Of a stretch of DNA of 20,000 bases, positions 1 to 10,900 are shown piece after piece (position 1 is the first letter of the stretch; each line of letters opens with the position of its first letter). The notes under the pieces are model-generated. The model was given only the letters and a program-made list of their open reading frames with translations. It made no database searches and was not told the origin of the DNA. The stretch lies in the NCBI GenBank assembly GCA_036630325.1, contig CP142726.1, forward strand, positions 1,604,403-1,624,402, read 5' to 3'. Both the position numbers and the translations under genes were made by a program. Origin of the DNA: Vairimorpha necatrix (taxonomy: Eukaryota).

Positions 1-298
1 GATATATTTTATTTAATATTATAACCTATTTATGTTGTTCTAACTTTTGTTCTAATTATTATGTGTTTCAATTTAAAACTAAAATTTTTATTTAATATAA
101 CCTAGTTTTTACTGTTAAAACTCTATCATTGTGTGTGTTCTAATTTCAATTTCCCAATTCAACATTTATGTTTTAACCTGAATCTAGAACGGCGATCATA
201 GTCTTGTGCCTGTAAAAAACTTGTTCCAACTTAATTTTATTTTAAAATTCATCAATTATCGCTTGACTGCAGTTGGTTAGTAACCCTGCTTACATTGT

Positions 299-503
299 CT
301 AGATAATACATGCATTCACTAGTTAAAATGTTCATTTTAATAGTGAGTAAACACTTTGACTAGAGGGAGCTCGTGAATGTATACATTCACTAGGTAATGT
401 GTTCATTTCAGTTACAATGAATACTTTAACTACAAATCTTAGTGAATGTATACATTCACTAGGTAATGTATACATTGCCTGGAATGTACACTTTGACTGT
501 AAC
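299..503. repeat. Degenerate tandem array of ~20-bp palindromic units (core AATGTATACATT, often joined at CTAG)
   Basis: Perfect palindromes GTGAATGTATACATTCAC (373-390) and TAGTGAATGTATACATTCACTA (440-461); near-palindrome AGGTAATGTATACATTGCCT (461-480); exact 28-bp direct repeat at 373-400 and 442-469; more degenerate units at 299-360 and 479-503. Confidence 0.7.
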
Positions 504-3500
504 ATATATATAAAATAAAATAAAATTTATATGATACTAGAAATTCAAAATGCCAACAAAATTTATAAATTTTTACTAAGTTATGTGTAGATATGTTAAG
601 ATGCCAAGTGCTTAATATAAATATACATAATATTCTAAGATATAAAAATCTTGGTAATAAGTTCATATTTATTGCAACAATCATATGTATCTATGTATAA
701 AAGAATGAAATACACCGAATCAATTACATGATATATTTTATTCGTACAGACTTAACATAATGAACAAAAACGTATTTTAATAATATAACATAAGATAATT
801 TTAAGTTTCTGAGTTATGATAATTTCGATTAATTACTAAAGAAAAAATATTCCCTATGTAAAAAGAATAAACAAATTATTTAGAACCCAATTGATAAAAA
901 TTAAGTATTGTATTCAATTAAATAATTGTTCTCTTTGGCAATATAATAGTTAAAATCTAAAAACAAAATTAGAGAAAATTAAAAAATAAAATTCACGTTT
1001 CATTTATCCTCTAAGAATAGAAAGTCAGTGTGAATATACTATTAACTTTATTCTATAGGACTGATATAGTAATTTTGACTTACAAAACCAAAAATAGAAG
1101 ACAAATAATCAGTTATTTAAGATAGTAAAATGAACAAAAGTTGAAAAATAAAGGAAATATAAAGTCAGAAACACGAGATTATAATTATTTGTGCATTTGA
1201 ATATAAATAAAATCATTTTTTACAACATATATACAATAGAGTGATATAATTCCGCAATTTAATATTTGATATGTTTAGATTTCATTACGTTAACATTTTT
1301 TTTTAAATTATATAATCTTAACAATGAAAAATTTATATTTTATGATACTATATTTTTTGAATATTCCAGAGGTTAAAATATTTTTCAAATATGGGGTGAA
1401 TGATCATTTAAATATAACATTTCTAAAAAATAATTAAATTGATATATTTTTGAATTACACCCCCTAATAGATATACTTTTTGTTTTCATATAATTAGACT
1501 ATCTAAATCATACACAAATCAAATAGAGAAGAGAACGATATATTGTTTAGAAAAGAAAACAAATAAAAAGATTGTAGATCTTAAAATAGTTATAAAACTG
1601 TACACTAAATCAAAATTATTCTTCACATTAGATATTATACCATGGATTTAATAATTGCAGACATAAATTTTGACTGAACCTTCCTGGGATTGATTTGGTT
1701 GCAAATTAAATTTTTATAAAAAATGCACATATTTTATTTATGTTCTATAAAAAAAGGAAAAGGACTTTATATACACATTATATTACTTTAATAATATTTT
1801 GACACAAAATAAAGTATGCAGGAAACAAATTTACTCGTTTGTTCCTTATTTCTAATTTTTAAAACCAAATTCCGTACACTAATTTTAATTTGGCAGAAAA
1901 ACAAATCCCTAGATGAAAGATTATCGAAATGTCGTTTCTTGCAATAAAAATTTTGATGTTTTGTCCAAGACATTCATAATATTAAGGGCGAAAATATATA
2001 TATGCGAGAAATTAATATTTACAAAATAAAAGAATCAATTTCTTTGAAAAAACAGTCCATTATTTATTTTAGATGAATCAATAGCTTCTTCCCCGTGTAA
2101 AGGACAAGGTTTTTATATCATTTTTAAAATAGTAATACTGTCATTATTATTTGTTCGTTCCGTAAATTCGAACCAAATCTTTATCGTATAACAAAACACA
2201 AGTTTAATGTTTGATAATTTTTGAATTTTAGATTGTATTTAGTACTGTTTATTTAATAGAGATGTATTGTTTTAATAAATATCAGTTGTAGATAAAATCT
2301 TGACAAGAAATAAATATGAAAATTACCTTATAAAACCTTAATGAAATGCGCTTAATACGTACGATTCAAGTCGAATTAATATAATCAACTTGTTATAAGT
2401 TTAAAACATTATGTTAAGCCGCATGATTCAATGTATCTGTGTAAAATCAAAAATAAGATAAATTCTTAGTAAAAAAATACATTATGTAAAATATAATAAT
2501 TTTAAGTTTTTATATTATTCTATTTTTATTTGAAAATGACAAGAAACGTATCGACAATATAAATATAATACAAGGATCAAAATGATACAAATTTAACACA
2601 CTCTTTAAAAATCAAAAATAACTTGGACTTTATACATAAAACTATCTATGTAGAAATTTTTAAGTTAATAAATTTGAATATAAAACTTGTATCAGCAATA
2701 TATATAGAGTGGATAAAAAAAATATTATGTTCAAAACTAAATAACAAACCGTTTTCTGATACAATTTTATAATAAATAGTGTAATATAAGGAAAATTCTC
2801 ATATAGAGTATTAATAAACTGAAACCGAATTTTCTATATAAATTAGAGATGATTATTGTATAAAAAATAATAAGTAATTTTGTATAAAGTAGCTTTTTAT
2901 AATAAATTTTAAAATTATATTTTTTGTAGTAGACACTGAATATGTAGAACATTTTAAAAATATTTATGAGATAAAAATGATATCCAGTCCTTTATATTTA
3001 AGATTAACGTCACTAGAAAAAACATTAAAACCCATCGTTTTTGTACGATGACTTTCTAATTTCGGGTTTTTTGAAAAAAATTTTCGTTCATCGCACGAAG
3101 AAGTTTATTTGGAAATCATTAAAAAATTTTATATAACACTGAGCTTCAAAAAATACAAAAATAGAACTTTACTATTAATGAACAACTTCACTTTCAACTA
3201 GAAATAAAATTGATGTTTAAATCGACCGTGTTTTAAAAAATAGGCCAGTTTTTTAATAACAAACTCGATGCAGTGTTTAATGAAATTTGTTAATGGTGAA
3301 TTAACGACTAGAAGAATTTATCTAGGATCATCTTTTTTTCTTTTATACGATTCTTTATCCCCATTTTCCAAAATTCGAATAACTGGTGATCAAAGAAGTT
3401 TGTAGAAAGCAGGATCGAATTTTAGAAATGTAAAAAGTCGCGTAAAAGATTCATGTAATGATAAGTGACATTTGTGTAAGTATTATGTACATGGTTTTTC

Positions 3501-3844
3501 AATTTAGAATTTTTTTTAAGTATTAGTTTTTTTATCAGCAGTGAATCTTGACGATGTAATATAAAGATAGATAAAAACATATGTTCTGAAAAGAAAAAAT
3601 TTTACAATATGTACGTTCTTTAGTTTGTATGAAAAATCAAATTTTGTTTTAATAATAAATTACCTATGCTAAACGTATGAGAACAAATTCATTGTTAACA
3701 AAATTCTAAGTAATAGTTTTCTCTTATCTTTCATTGAAAAAAATAAAAATTAGGAAGAGATTAATATTATGAGAAAAGTAGAGAATGTCTAGAAATATTA
3801 TTTAATGAAGGATCATTAACATTTACGAAAATTTTATAACAATC

Positions 3845-4207
3845 TGTGGTGCGAGCTGCCTTCCTGGCCGCTCGGCTTGTTTAAATAGTTTACGTTTGTA
3901 TAATTTTTATTGACTCTTTTAGTTTTCATACCTTGGTGAAGGGCTAGAAATTCATCCTTTTATGTTTTATTTCTTATAAATGTCAAGCATGTCAGTTATT
4001 GGAGGGAAAGCTGGCCTCTTGTACAGCTTTCCATATTCTGACATTATTTACTAGATTAGACATTTTCTTATTCGTCATTTGTTTGTTGACGAAAACGTAT
4101 TTGTTTACGTCTATGACTCGGCTGTAATTGAGATATGACAGACGAGGGGTTCGAGTATTAGAGTCTCACTGGGCTTGTCATAGGGACAGGAAGGATGTCG
4201 TGTGACA
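3845..4207 (-). mobile_element. Solo LTR (363 bp) with 5-bp TSD CAATC
   Basis: Begins TGTGGTGCGA and ends TCGTGTGACA (TGT..ACA). CAATC at 3840-3844 and 4208-4212. Subterminal inverted match CCTTCCTG/CAGGAAGG. Locally GC-richer than flanks. AATAAA on the minus strand (TTTATT at 3906-3911) suggests minus orientation, which is tentative. Confidence 0.8.
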
Positions 4208-4627
4208 CAATCGAAAAGTGAAATTATTATATAAGAAATTTAGCATATAAATAAATTTGAAAGTTTGTGCATACGGTAATTGATTGCAATTACATATCTG
4301 TCATATAAAGTATATATTGACACTGATTCAGGCGAAGTTCAATATCAGCTTTGAAAGTCTTTATTAGTTAACATTCAACTTTAGATAATATATTAGTAAT
4401 AAATAGATACCAAATTATCATATAAACTGTTTACAGTTATAATTAAGATGAATAAGTAGAACAAAATATTTCAAATGTAAAGTTATAAATAATAAGAACA
4501 TTATATAAATACCAAATTAAAGACTGTCATTCTATTATAATGAATAATTAAATGAGTTTAATAATTAAAAATATTATAAAAACGTATATATGATATAAAT
4601 ACTATAAATAAATAAGAATGATTATTT

Positions 4628-4650
4628 TATATATATATATATATATATAT
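4628..4650. repeat. (TA)n microsatellite
   Basis: 23 bp of uninterrupted TA alternation. Confidence 0.9.
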
Positions 4651-5494
4651 CAGTAAAAATCTAGAATTTTGTATAAATAAAAATATATTTAGAAAAAACA
4701 TGTTGGCCATGTAAAAAAGGTGTGTAGCAATTTGGCTGTTTGTAATGATTTTTACTTTTTTAGAGATAAAGATAATTAAAACAACGGATTATATTACAAT
4801 AAATACTTAATGAAGGATAAATCATCAGATCAAGCCTTGTAGAATTCAAAAATATTTTTTATCGATGTAAGGTTCATATTAATCTTGTCTATTATATTTA
4901 ATGAAACTAATCTTTTTGTAATATTTAATTTATATATTTTGGGATCTGAAATTATCTTCATTTAAGGAAAATATTTGAAAAAAAATATTTTAAATATATT
5001 ATAAATAAAAATTATATATTAAAAATTTAAATAAGATAGTTTATAGAGTATAATAAAGAAGATATATATACATTTGAATAAAAATATAATATAATATTAA
5101 TACTATTATTTTTGTGTTATATAAAATAAAAAATAGGTTAAACTATCAAATACTCTAAGAAAGTAGAAGCGTACATAAAGATGATTAACAGAGAAGACAA
5201 ACGAAATCATTTCAATAGACTACCGAAAAGATGTGAAGGTTCCGATTTGAAAAGGACTAAGAACCGAGAAGCTGCCCACAAACAGGAGATGCTAACGCGG
5301 AACCTATTCAGAATATACTAGAAATATAAAACACCGTTAGCATATACTGAAATAATTTATTTTTTATAATAGAAAACATAATAGTAATTATGTTGTATTT
5401 ATTTGTAAAGATTATTTATATATATATTATAACAATGGTATTTATTATGTTATTTTCTGAAATAAACTATATTTTTTTATGTTAAATATGAATT

Positions 5495-5779
5495 TGTGGT
5501 ATTATTTACCACATTATTATATTTTCCCTCCAAATGAATTTTCTAAAATTTGTTTTTCAATAAATATTTTCTTTTTTTTTTACCCCACCAAAATATGTCA
5601 AGAAGAACAGAGGAGTCTAGAAATCAGCAGTATCAATCAATGCATCCCCAGAAGAGGGAAGATAAAGCCCAAGGAGGCAGATTTAATAGTACAACTTGCA
5701 TTATAATAAAACTTTAATACCCGGGAGAAGCATTATAGAATGCTATCTGAGGAGCAGTCATCTCCCGGGTAATACCTCA
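5495..5779 (+). repeat. 5' LTR (285 bp) of the Gag-only element
   Basis: About 21 differences from 7187-7470 by hand alignment (~93% identity). TG..CA ends. AATAAA at 5705-5710. Confidence 0.93.
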
Positions 5780-7167
5780 ATGAGCTCATTAGTATTTGAA
5801 AAAAGTAGTAATACTGAGAAACAAAATGATGATGAAGCATATACCACATTTGACAAAACCATAGAAGGAACTACAATAGTTGTTAAAGAAAAAATCGAAA
5901 AATGTAAAACGAGACTTCACCATAAAGCATCTCAAGCTGTTTGAAGAGCTAGGAACGGCCAATAAATGGACTGATAAGCAGGTGGGACTCATCTACCATT
6001 CTTTGATTGAAGATTCTAAGGTGAAAGATAAGCTAAATAAGATAAGCTTTAAAAAATAAAAAAAAGAACTACTAGAATTTAGATATTCAAAAAATGATGT
6101 AGCTTTATTATTAACAGAGATGGAAACTGTAAACCCGGCAAATTATAGAAGTATGGCAGATTATTATGAGAAAATGAAGTCGATGATTGAAATATACGGA
6201 CTATCTATGAACCTATCGAAAAAGGAATTTGATGTTAGATTGGAACAGATTTTTGAGAGAGGATTAGGCAGATCAACTGCCATTGAAGTTTTAAAATCAG
6301 GAATGAAAACAAGGGAATGAACGAGCTATTAAAATATTCACAAGATCTGGAAGAAATGATTATTTTACAGGCGAAACTGGAAGGGAGACTTTATCATAAT
6401 TTATATCTAAAAAAAAGTATTATGAAAGACCTGAAGAAACAGGAAGATACTTTAAAAGTGATAAGTGGTGCTCTATACATCGAGCAAGATCACATGATAC
6501 ACGAGATTGTCGTCTACGAAAACCAAAAGAAAACGATAGAGAAATAAAAAAGAAGGTAAATCGTTAATGATAAAAAAAATTCCTAACGATGAATTGGATG
6601 AAAAACATAAAAAAACCGACTGCCTTTTAATTCAGAAACAAAAAGAAAATAAAATCATCAATAAACAAAAATGTATAAATGAAAGAATAAATAATATAGA
6701 TAATTGTATTAAAAGAAATTAGAATAAAAATAGACAATCTTCCAGCTAAAGTCTTAACTAATATAGTCGACTTTGTGAAAAGGACAGGAAATACGATACC
6801 ATCAGATGATATATATTCAAAAAATATTAAAATAAATAACAAAGAAAGAAGCAAGCCTCCTGATAAAATTAAAGATAACCATCAACATGTAAAAGATTTG
6901 GCAACATCTAAATATGATGATAGTTATTAGAATAAAAATAAATTAAATCTTAGAAACTTTCAGAAACATTGCCTCAAAAATAAAATGCAGCAGATGCCAT
7001 TTAGCATATGTAGATATGGAGTAAACGGTGAATCTGAGAAGCATAAATATGATAAGTTGAATTCATACCTTGATTTGAGGTTTAAAATATCTAATTTAGC
7101 TATTACTAGGAAACGGCGGAAAGAACTATTTGATGATTTCGGAGGAATCCGTATTCTAATTTGCTGA
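5780..7167 (+). pseudogene. gag: Frameshifted gag (capsid-like region + CHHC zinc knuckle) followed by an unassigned C-terminal reading frame
   Basis: ATG at 5780 (MSSLVFEK..TTIVVKEKIEKC). After a frameshift, LKLFEELGTANKWTDKQ (5931-5981), resembling the Ty3/gypsy capsid FE..N.W motif. ..SMADYYEKMK..EQIFERGL in ORF 6120-6320. WCSIHRARSHDTRDC (C-X2-H-X4-H-X4-C, Cys to Cys 6469-6510) in a frame the ORF track misses. A frame from ~6706 to 7167 is open except for one stop. Confidence 0.75.
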
Positions 7168-7173
7168 CCCTTT

Positions 7174-7186
7174 AGAGAAGGTAGTA
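7174..7186 (+). promoter_or_regulatory. Polypurine tract (degenerate) of the Gag-only element
   Basis: AGAGAAGGTAGTA directly precedes the TG of the 3' LTR at 7187. Confidence 0.65.
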
Positions 7187-7470
7187 TGTGGTATTATTTA
7201 CCACATTATTATAATTTCCTCCAAATGAATTTTCTAGAATTTATTTTTCTATAAATATTTTCTTTTTATTTTTACCCCCACCAAAATATGTCAAGAAGAA
7301 CAGAGGAGTCTATAAATCAGCAGTATCAATCACTGCATCCCCAGAAGAGGAAGATAAAGCCAAAGGAGGCAGATTTAATAATACAACTTTAATTATAATA
7401 AAACTTTAATACCCGGGAGAAGCATTATAGAATGCTATCTAAGGAACGGCCAACTCCCGGTAATACCTCA
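7187..7470 (+). repeat. 3' LTR (284 bp) of the Gag-only element
   Basis: Direct repeat of 5495-5779. TATA-like TATAAA at 7311. Ends in CA and is followed by the TSD GAATT. Confidence 0.93.
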
Positions 7471-7547
7471 GAATTAAACATAAAAACAAGAAATAAATAT
7501 ATGACAAATTAATAATTTTGTTTTCTTTATGGAGTATCTACACATCT

Positions 7548-7900
7548 TATGATTTGGCATGTAGCCTGATCCGAAGTTGAAGTGATGAGTCTAAACTTAC
7601 ATAATGATTTATATTATTTGTTTGTTTTGCTGCTCATCGGAATTGTAGGTCAGATGTAAATTCCGTTTAAATAGTCAATCAGATTAACTGTCAAACTCTT
7701 TAAGATGTAATCAAACAAACATGAAACCGAAGTTCTACTGAATTAGTAGTACTTCATGTGACATGCACTTGTCTTACTTTTAGTTTGTGAATGTCAAACA
7801 TGTCTAATGTTTATTTACAATACTCTTAGACGTTTGACAGTACCAATAATCATTGTATAATTATAAACAAGATTCGTCAGTGCAGGTCTGCAGCCTCACA
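7548..7900. mobile_element. Probable solo LTR (353 bp) with 5-bp TSD CATCT
   Basis: CATCT at 7543-7547 and 7901-7905. Right end TCACA; left end TATGA, one change from TGTGA. GC-richer than flanks. Internal inverted repeat TGTCAAAC(AT)GTCTAA / TTAGACGTTTGACA (~7792-7839). Confidence 0.55.
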
Positions 7901-10900
7901 CATCTGAAGAAAATATTAATATTGTTATTTTGAAAATTATTTCTTGCACAATTTAGTACATTTTTTTTAGAGGTTGCCAACGTATGTATCTGTATAATTA
8001 ATATTTTAAGAAATTTAGATTTATTTGTCTTTTCATATGAGTACGTAAGTATATAATTTGCTGTATATAAAATAATTATGAAACGCATTATGTGCAGAAT
8101 CGACATAAAAATAAAAAATTGAAGTAAAGTTAAACATATTAATTCGGCTTTGGACAAATACGTTAATTAAACGCAATATTTACTTCATTTTGTAAGATAA
8201 AAACATATTTTTCAAAACAAGTAAATTAGATTCTTTCAAAAAGAAATTAAAACACAATCATTGACTGATTTAATTACAAGAAATTTCTGACACTATATAT
8301 TAATCATTTAAAACATATATTTAAGTCTAACAATATATTTGTTGAATGAATTAGGACATATTTTTATACAAGAAATAAGATTATAAATCTATCTAAAATA
8401 ATTTAGGTATATGCATAAAAGTATTTAAATAAATGTTAAAATACGCAAACTTGATAAACTAAATACAAAGGTTTCATGGAAGTGTGTAGTAACGATTACA
8501 TCATAAGGACAGTTGTCGAAGTTTACTCTGTCAAATATCCACTAACAACGTTCCAACACACCAATAATACAACAAAAAATACAAAATTTACAATATGTTT
8601 ATCCATGCAAAATAATTAACCTTTAACCTACGTGGCTAAAAATTATTACAATAAAAATAAAATATAAAAAACAAGTTTGTATATGAAGGGCAAGAAATAT
8701 CTATGAAGCAAGTACACAATCATAAAGTTAATAATTCAAAATTTTTAAAGCCTTCTAACTTAAAAGTAGCAAAGTTTTATCTATGAAGAACAAAGAAATA
8801 AAGGAAAAATAAGAACGAGCATATTGGTTGAAAGAAAAAAATATTTTTAAAACGAAATCTACAATCTATCTAAATTTACAACATAGGTAATAACAAGATA
8901 ATTTAAATTTGATCTTTCGCCTTTTCTTTTGGTATAAGGACGAAAGCAAATAAATAGAATAACTTTTACGATCAAAAATAGAATGTGTAAGAAGTGATAC
9001 AAATAATATTCATTTATTATAACTAGATAGTAAAGGGATTATAAAGAAAAGATATACATATGATTCCTACAAATTGCTTAGTAAGATAAACACATAAGAA
9101 TTGAAAATAAAGATATACGTTCAAGATATTAGATGAAATATAATTTTCTTTTATATTAAAATCTACGCCAAGATAAACAAAAATAAATCCAAATATTGCA
9201 TATAGTATAATTTAAATACAATTAAAACAAGCAATGAAGTTTTTAAATTATCTAGAACATAACAGACGATTTCATAAATAAAAATTATACCAAAAAATCA
9301 ACTATATTATCTTTATATTTGACCAATATGTACACTTTATTAAGTATAATAATTACTAATGGTAAAAAAACGAAAACAAATATTATATTTAAATTTTAAA
9401 CTAATTTCGATTAACCTCGTATATGACATTTTTTTGGTTTATAGAATTCTAAAGAAGTTTCAGTTATAAAACATTGTAGACTTTTGAAATCGAAGTTGGT
9501 AAAAAACAAATGTCACAAATATAAATTTGTTTTTTACAATCATATTGACCACACAAAAATAGAAATTATGACCAAAAATTCTATAAAATTATTAATACTT
9601 TTATCATATTTATAAAAATATATTATTTTATTATTAATTTCAAATAATTAAGAACAAATCAATTCAAAAATCTATCGGTTAAATATTTGATAATCGCTCT
9701 TTTATTATATATATACTTTCTAAATCCGTTAAGTATAATATTTTTTTATAATAATTTGATCAAAATTTAAGTATGAAAATTGAAATATTAAAAAGAGGTC
9801 ATTTACGAAAGAAAAAAAAATTCAAATTCAATCAACAATATCGTAAAATTATATATTCATTTAGAAATCATTTATTTAATCTATAATTAGAAGAATTGAA
9901 GAAAATTATATTAAATTAACAATATAAAATAAAACCTATTCATTGTAAAATCGTTCAGCAACAGTAAAAAGAATTTTACTTAGAAACGACATTTATGTAA
10001 TTGATTTTAAAAATCCTAGGGAACCCCTACTTAAATATATTTTCCATATTATAATATAATAAGAAATAATAAGTAAATTTTCAATTATGAATAATTAAAT
10101 AAAAACAATAGCACATACAATTTAATACAAGGTTGTTGTGAATAAAACATTTTCGAGATTTTGAAAAAGGCGTCGCATTATTAAAAAAAATAAAACCAAA
10201 AATACGGAGCGAATAGAAATGCATATAAATCCAATACAGTTAATAACAACGCAAGAATAAATTATGAAATGCTATATTTTTTAAAAAATCTTATATACCA
10301 TAGTTACACGCAAACTAAAATAGAATTCAAAATTTATATATTTGAGCAGAAAATAATTTAAATTAATATAAAGAGTAATAACATAAAATAAAATGATTAA
10401 CACTTGTTAAATTTATATTAAAAAACTTACTTAAAACATGTTAATACAAGATAAAGTTTTTTCAATAATAATACTATAAAATATTTCACCTGGACGTTTT
10501 CAAGATTATTTACAAAAAAATAAAAGAAAAGTCTAAAAGTTAGAATTGGATATATTAAATCTTAACAATATGGTAATACTTCGAAACAAATAAGAATCTT
10601 AGAAAAAACACCTAAATAATATTTATATATCGTTAGTCTCAAAAAATAAAAGTATTTTTAAGAAATTAAATTTTTAGAATATATAATAATTCATTTACAC
10701 ATATTTAAATCTAAAATTAAAATTTTATTTATTTAGTAAAAAAATGAAATATTATTAGTTAAAAGACTTAACTTAAAAATTTTTCTTAAAAGTAAAAAAT
10801 TTCGTTCTTTGACTTATAATTATCAGACATTTAAACTTTTTAATCAAAAATTTAAATATAACCGTTAAAGTCAATATTTTTTAAGAAAAATTGAAATTTA

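Larger units (their letters stand above)
5495..7470 (+). mobile_element. Non-autonomous Gag-only LTR retroelement (1,976 bp), TSD GAATT
   Basis: Direct repeats at 5495-5779 and 7187-7470 with termini TGTGGTATTA..TAATACCTCA. GAATT at 5490-5494 and 7471-7475. Purine-rich tract just before the 3' LTR. Internal region has gag motifs and no RT, RNase H or integrase motifs. Confidence 0.92.

Noticed and set aside
7-150. Short imperfect duplications (TTTTATTTAATAT..AACCTA; GTGTT..AATTT)
   Set aside because: Low complexity, truncated by the window edge, and no definable unit.
373-469. CRISPR-like pair of 28-bp partly palindromic repeats with a 41-bp spacer
   Set aside because: Only two exact copies, the spacer itself resembles degenerate units, there are no cas genes, and the context is a eukaryotic subtelomere.
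439-2952. Minus-strand ORFs 439-684, 1788-1973 and 2767-2952
   Set aside because: Short, compositionally biased and without recognisable domains.
5718-5771. Hammerhead ribozyme (retrozyme-like) in the LTR, suggested by CTGAGGA and a GAA-hairpin-TA motif
   Set aside because: No GAAA in the right place, no room for stem I (1 nt between the putative cleavage site and CUGA), and the 3' LTR reads CTAAGGA.
5479-6854. ORFs 5479-5706 (+), 5789-5992 (-) and 6627-6854 (-) as genes
   Set aside because: The first runs through the LTR and the others are antisense shadows of the gag region. The same applies to 13873-14064 and 14013-14231, and 15711-15989 is a partly off-frame piece of pol.
7540-7905. 8-bp TSD ACACATCT implying a hAT-type DNA transposon
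   Set aside because: No terminal inverted repeats result from that boundary. A solo LTR with 5-bp CATCT fits the TCACA end better.
8624-8631. TAACCTAC as a telomerase RNA template for GTAGGTTA
   Set aside because: An 8-mer match is expected by chance in 17 kb, and no supporting structure was seen.
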